Shown here piece by piece: positions 63,200-64,000 of a stretch of 64,000 nt of DNA. Source of the stretch: Burkholderiaceae bacterium (lineage in GTDB: Bacteria > Pseudomonadota > Gammaproteobacteria > Burkholderiales > Burkholderiaceae_E); contig JAWKYE010000014.1 of NCBI GenBank assembly GCA_041396665.1, positions 102,189 through 166,188 of the forward strand, read 5' to 3'. The notes under the pieces were generated by a model. That model had not been told where the DNA came from. It did not search any database and saw nothing but the letters and a program-made list of their open reading frames with translations. The position numbers and the translations under genes were made by a program. Numbering within the stretch: the stretch's first letter is position 1; the number at the start of each line of letters is the position of its first letter.

Positions 63200-63520
63200 T
63201 CAGTGACCCATCCGGCGCAACTGCGAGCGCAACTGCTCCAGTTCGTCCAGCAGGTCGAGCGCCAGCGCGGCACCGGCGGTGTTGACCCCGAGGTCGCGTT
63301 CCAGGCGCAGCGCCCGGCGGACGCGCCAGATGGTGGTCAGCGAGAAGCGCCACTGCGCCGGCGCCGGTCCTCGTGGCTCGATCACACCCTCGGTGACCAT
63401 CGCGATCAACAACTCCTCGCTGACCGCGCAGGCCTGGCACACCTGCGCCAGCGTCAGTTCGGGCTCCTCGAGCGGCAAGTCGATCGGCGACATCGATCCT
63501 GGTTGCTTGTTCATGGCCAT
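63200..63520 (-). CDS. cbpM: Chaperone modulatory protein CbpM (MerR-like HTH)
   Basis: MAMNKQPGSMSPIDLPLEEPELTLAQVCQACAVSEELLIAMVTEGVIEP…, about 106 aa. Its start abuts the cbpA stop. Confidence 0.7.
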   Translation of the reverse strand: MAMNKQPGSMSPIDLPLEEPELTLAQVCQACAVSEELLIAMVTEGVIEPRGPAPAQWRFSLTTIWRVRRALRLERDLGVNTAGAALALDLLDELEQLRSQLRRMGH

Positions 63521-64000
63521 CAGCTCCCGAAATGCGCACGTGGATTGAACGACTGGGCTTTCTGCAGCGCCTGCCATGCCTGCCGGGCCGCCTCGGTGTC
63601 CGCCGGCGGCACGGCGATCTTGAGCACCACGTAGAGGTCGCCCGCCACCTTGCCCGGGATGCCCTTGCCCTTGAGGCGCAGCTTGCGTCCGCCCGATGAA
63701 CCCGCGGGCACCTGCAACTCGACCTTGCCGGCATCCGGGGTCGGCACCTCGATCGTCGCCCCCAGCGCGGCTTCCCACGGCGCGATCGGCACATCCAGAA
63801 AGACATCCCGACCTTCGACGTGATACAGCCGGTGCGGCTCGAACTCGATCTCGAGGTACAGGTCGCCGGCCTCACCACTGCCCAGCCCGGGCCCGCCCTG
63901 CCCCGCCAGCCGGATCTGCTGGCCCTGGCGCAGGCCCTTGGGAATACGCACATCGAGCGTCTGCTCGCGCATGCCCGGGCGGCCCTGCTCGTCGATGAAC
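63520..64000 (-). CDS. cbpA: Curved-DNA-binding protein CbpA (DnaJ homologue), C-terminal part; the 5' end lies outside the window
   Basis: DnaJ C-terminal domains (…GDLYLEIEFEPHRLYHVEGRDVFLDVPIAPWEAALGATIEVPTPDAGKVELQVPAGSSGGRKLRLKGKGIP…). Confidence 0.75.
   Translation of the reverse strand, partial: FIDEQGRPGMREQTLDVRIPKGLRQGQQIRLAGQGGPGLGSGEAGDLYLEIEFEPHRLYHVEGRDVFLDVPIAPWEAALGATIEVPTPDAGKVELQVPAGSSGGRKLRLKGKGIPGKVAGDLYVVLKIAVPPADTEAARQAWQALQKAQSFNPRAHFGS

Overview
This 64-kb window is a high-GC (about 68-70%) proteobacterial-type chromosomal segment. The gene content (Liv and Dpp ABC systems, a cox/XDH-family operon, yqjDEK, cbpAM, DUF4124, CobW) looks beta- or gamma-proteobacterial; the taxon cannot be fixed from sequence alone. 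About 60 genes are recognisable by eye from the ORF translations. No rRNA, tRNA, CRISPR array, transposase or integrase was seen. Three observations stand out. First, roughly one third of the genes are disrupted by frameshifts, stop loss or insertion, and the damage is strongly clustered: the two IOR-family paralogues, a Mo-oxidoreductase, the fcs/ech pair, an MFS transporter and the MacAB-type efflux set each carry several frameshifts (3 to 6 or more where counted), while an 11.5-kb stretch (7.9-19.4 kb: amidohydrolase, CobW, dppABCDF, methyltransferase, lipoprotein, HCCA isomerase) has none. Second, a coxL-like molybdopterin subunit gene is split by a roughly 0.7-kb in-frame insertion that carries about 14 copies of an imperfect 18-bp tandem repeat encoding (APYGSP)n. 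The insert ends in a stop and the downstream half restarts 1 nt later. Third, a perfect 3 x 63-bp tandem repeat forms a 63-aa ORF (3 x [21 protein letters not shown]). It sits between a UPF0261 (Tm-1-like) gene and a phosphoenolpyruvate-hydrolase-like gene, with ATGA stop/start overlaps at both ends. Other notable items: an amidohydrolase-COG0523 GTPase pair with overlapping GTGA, an SMP-30/gluconolactonase-isochorismatase fusion, LivF lacking a stop codon and reading into UPF0261, locally compensated double frameshifts, a lower-GC 1.6-kb islet, and an AT-rich Fur-box-like operator. All calls come from reading the translations, motifs and DNA; no database search was possible.
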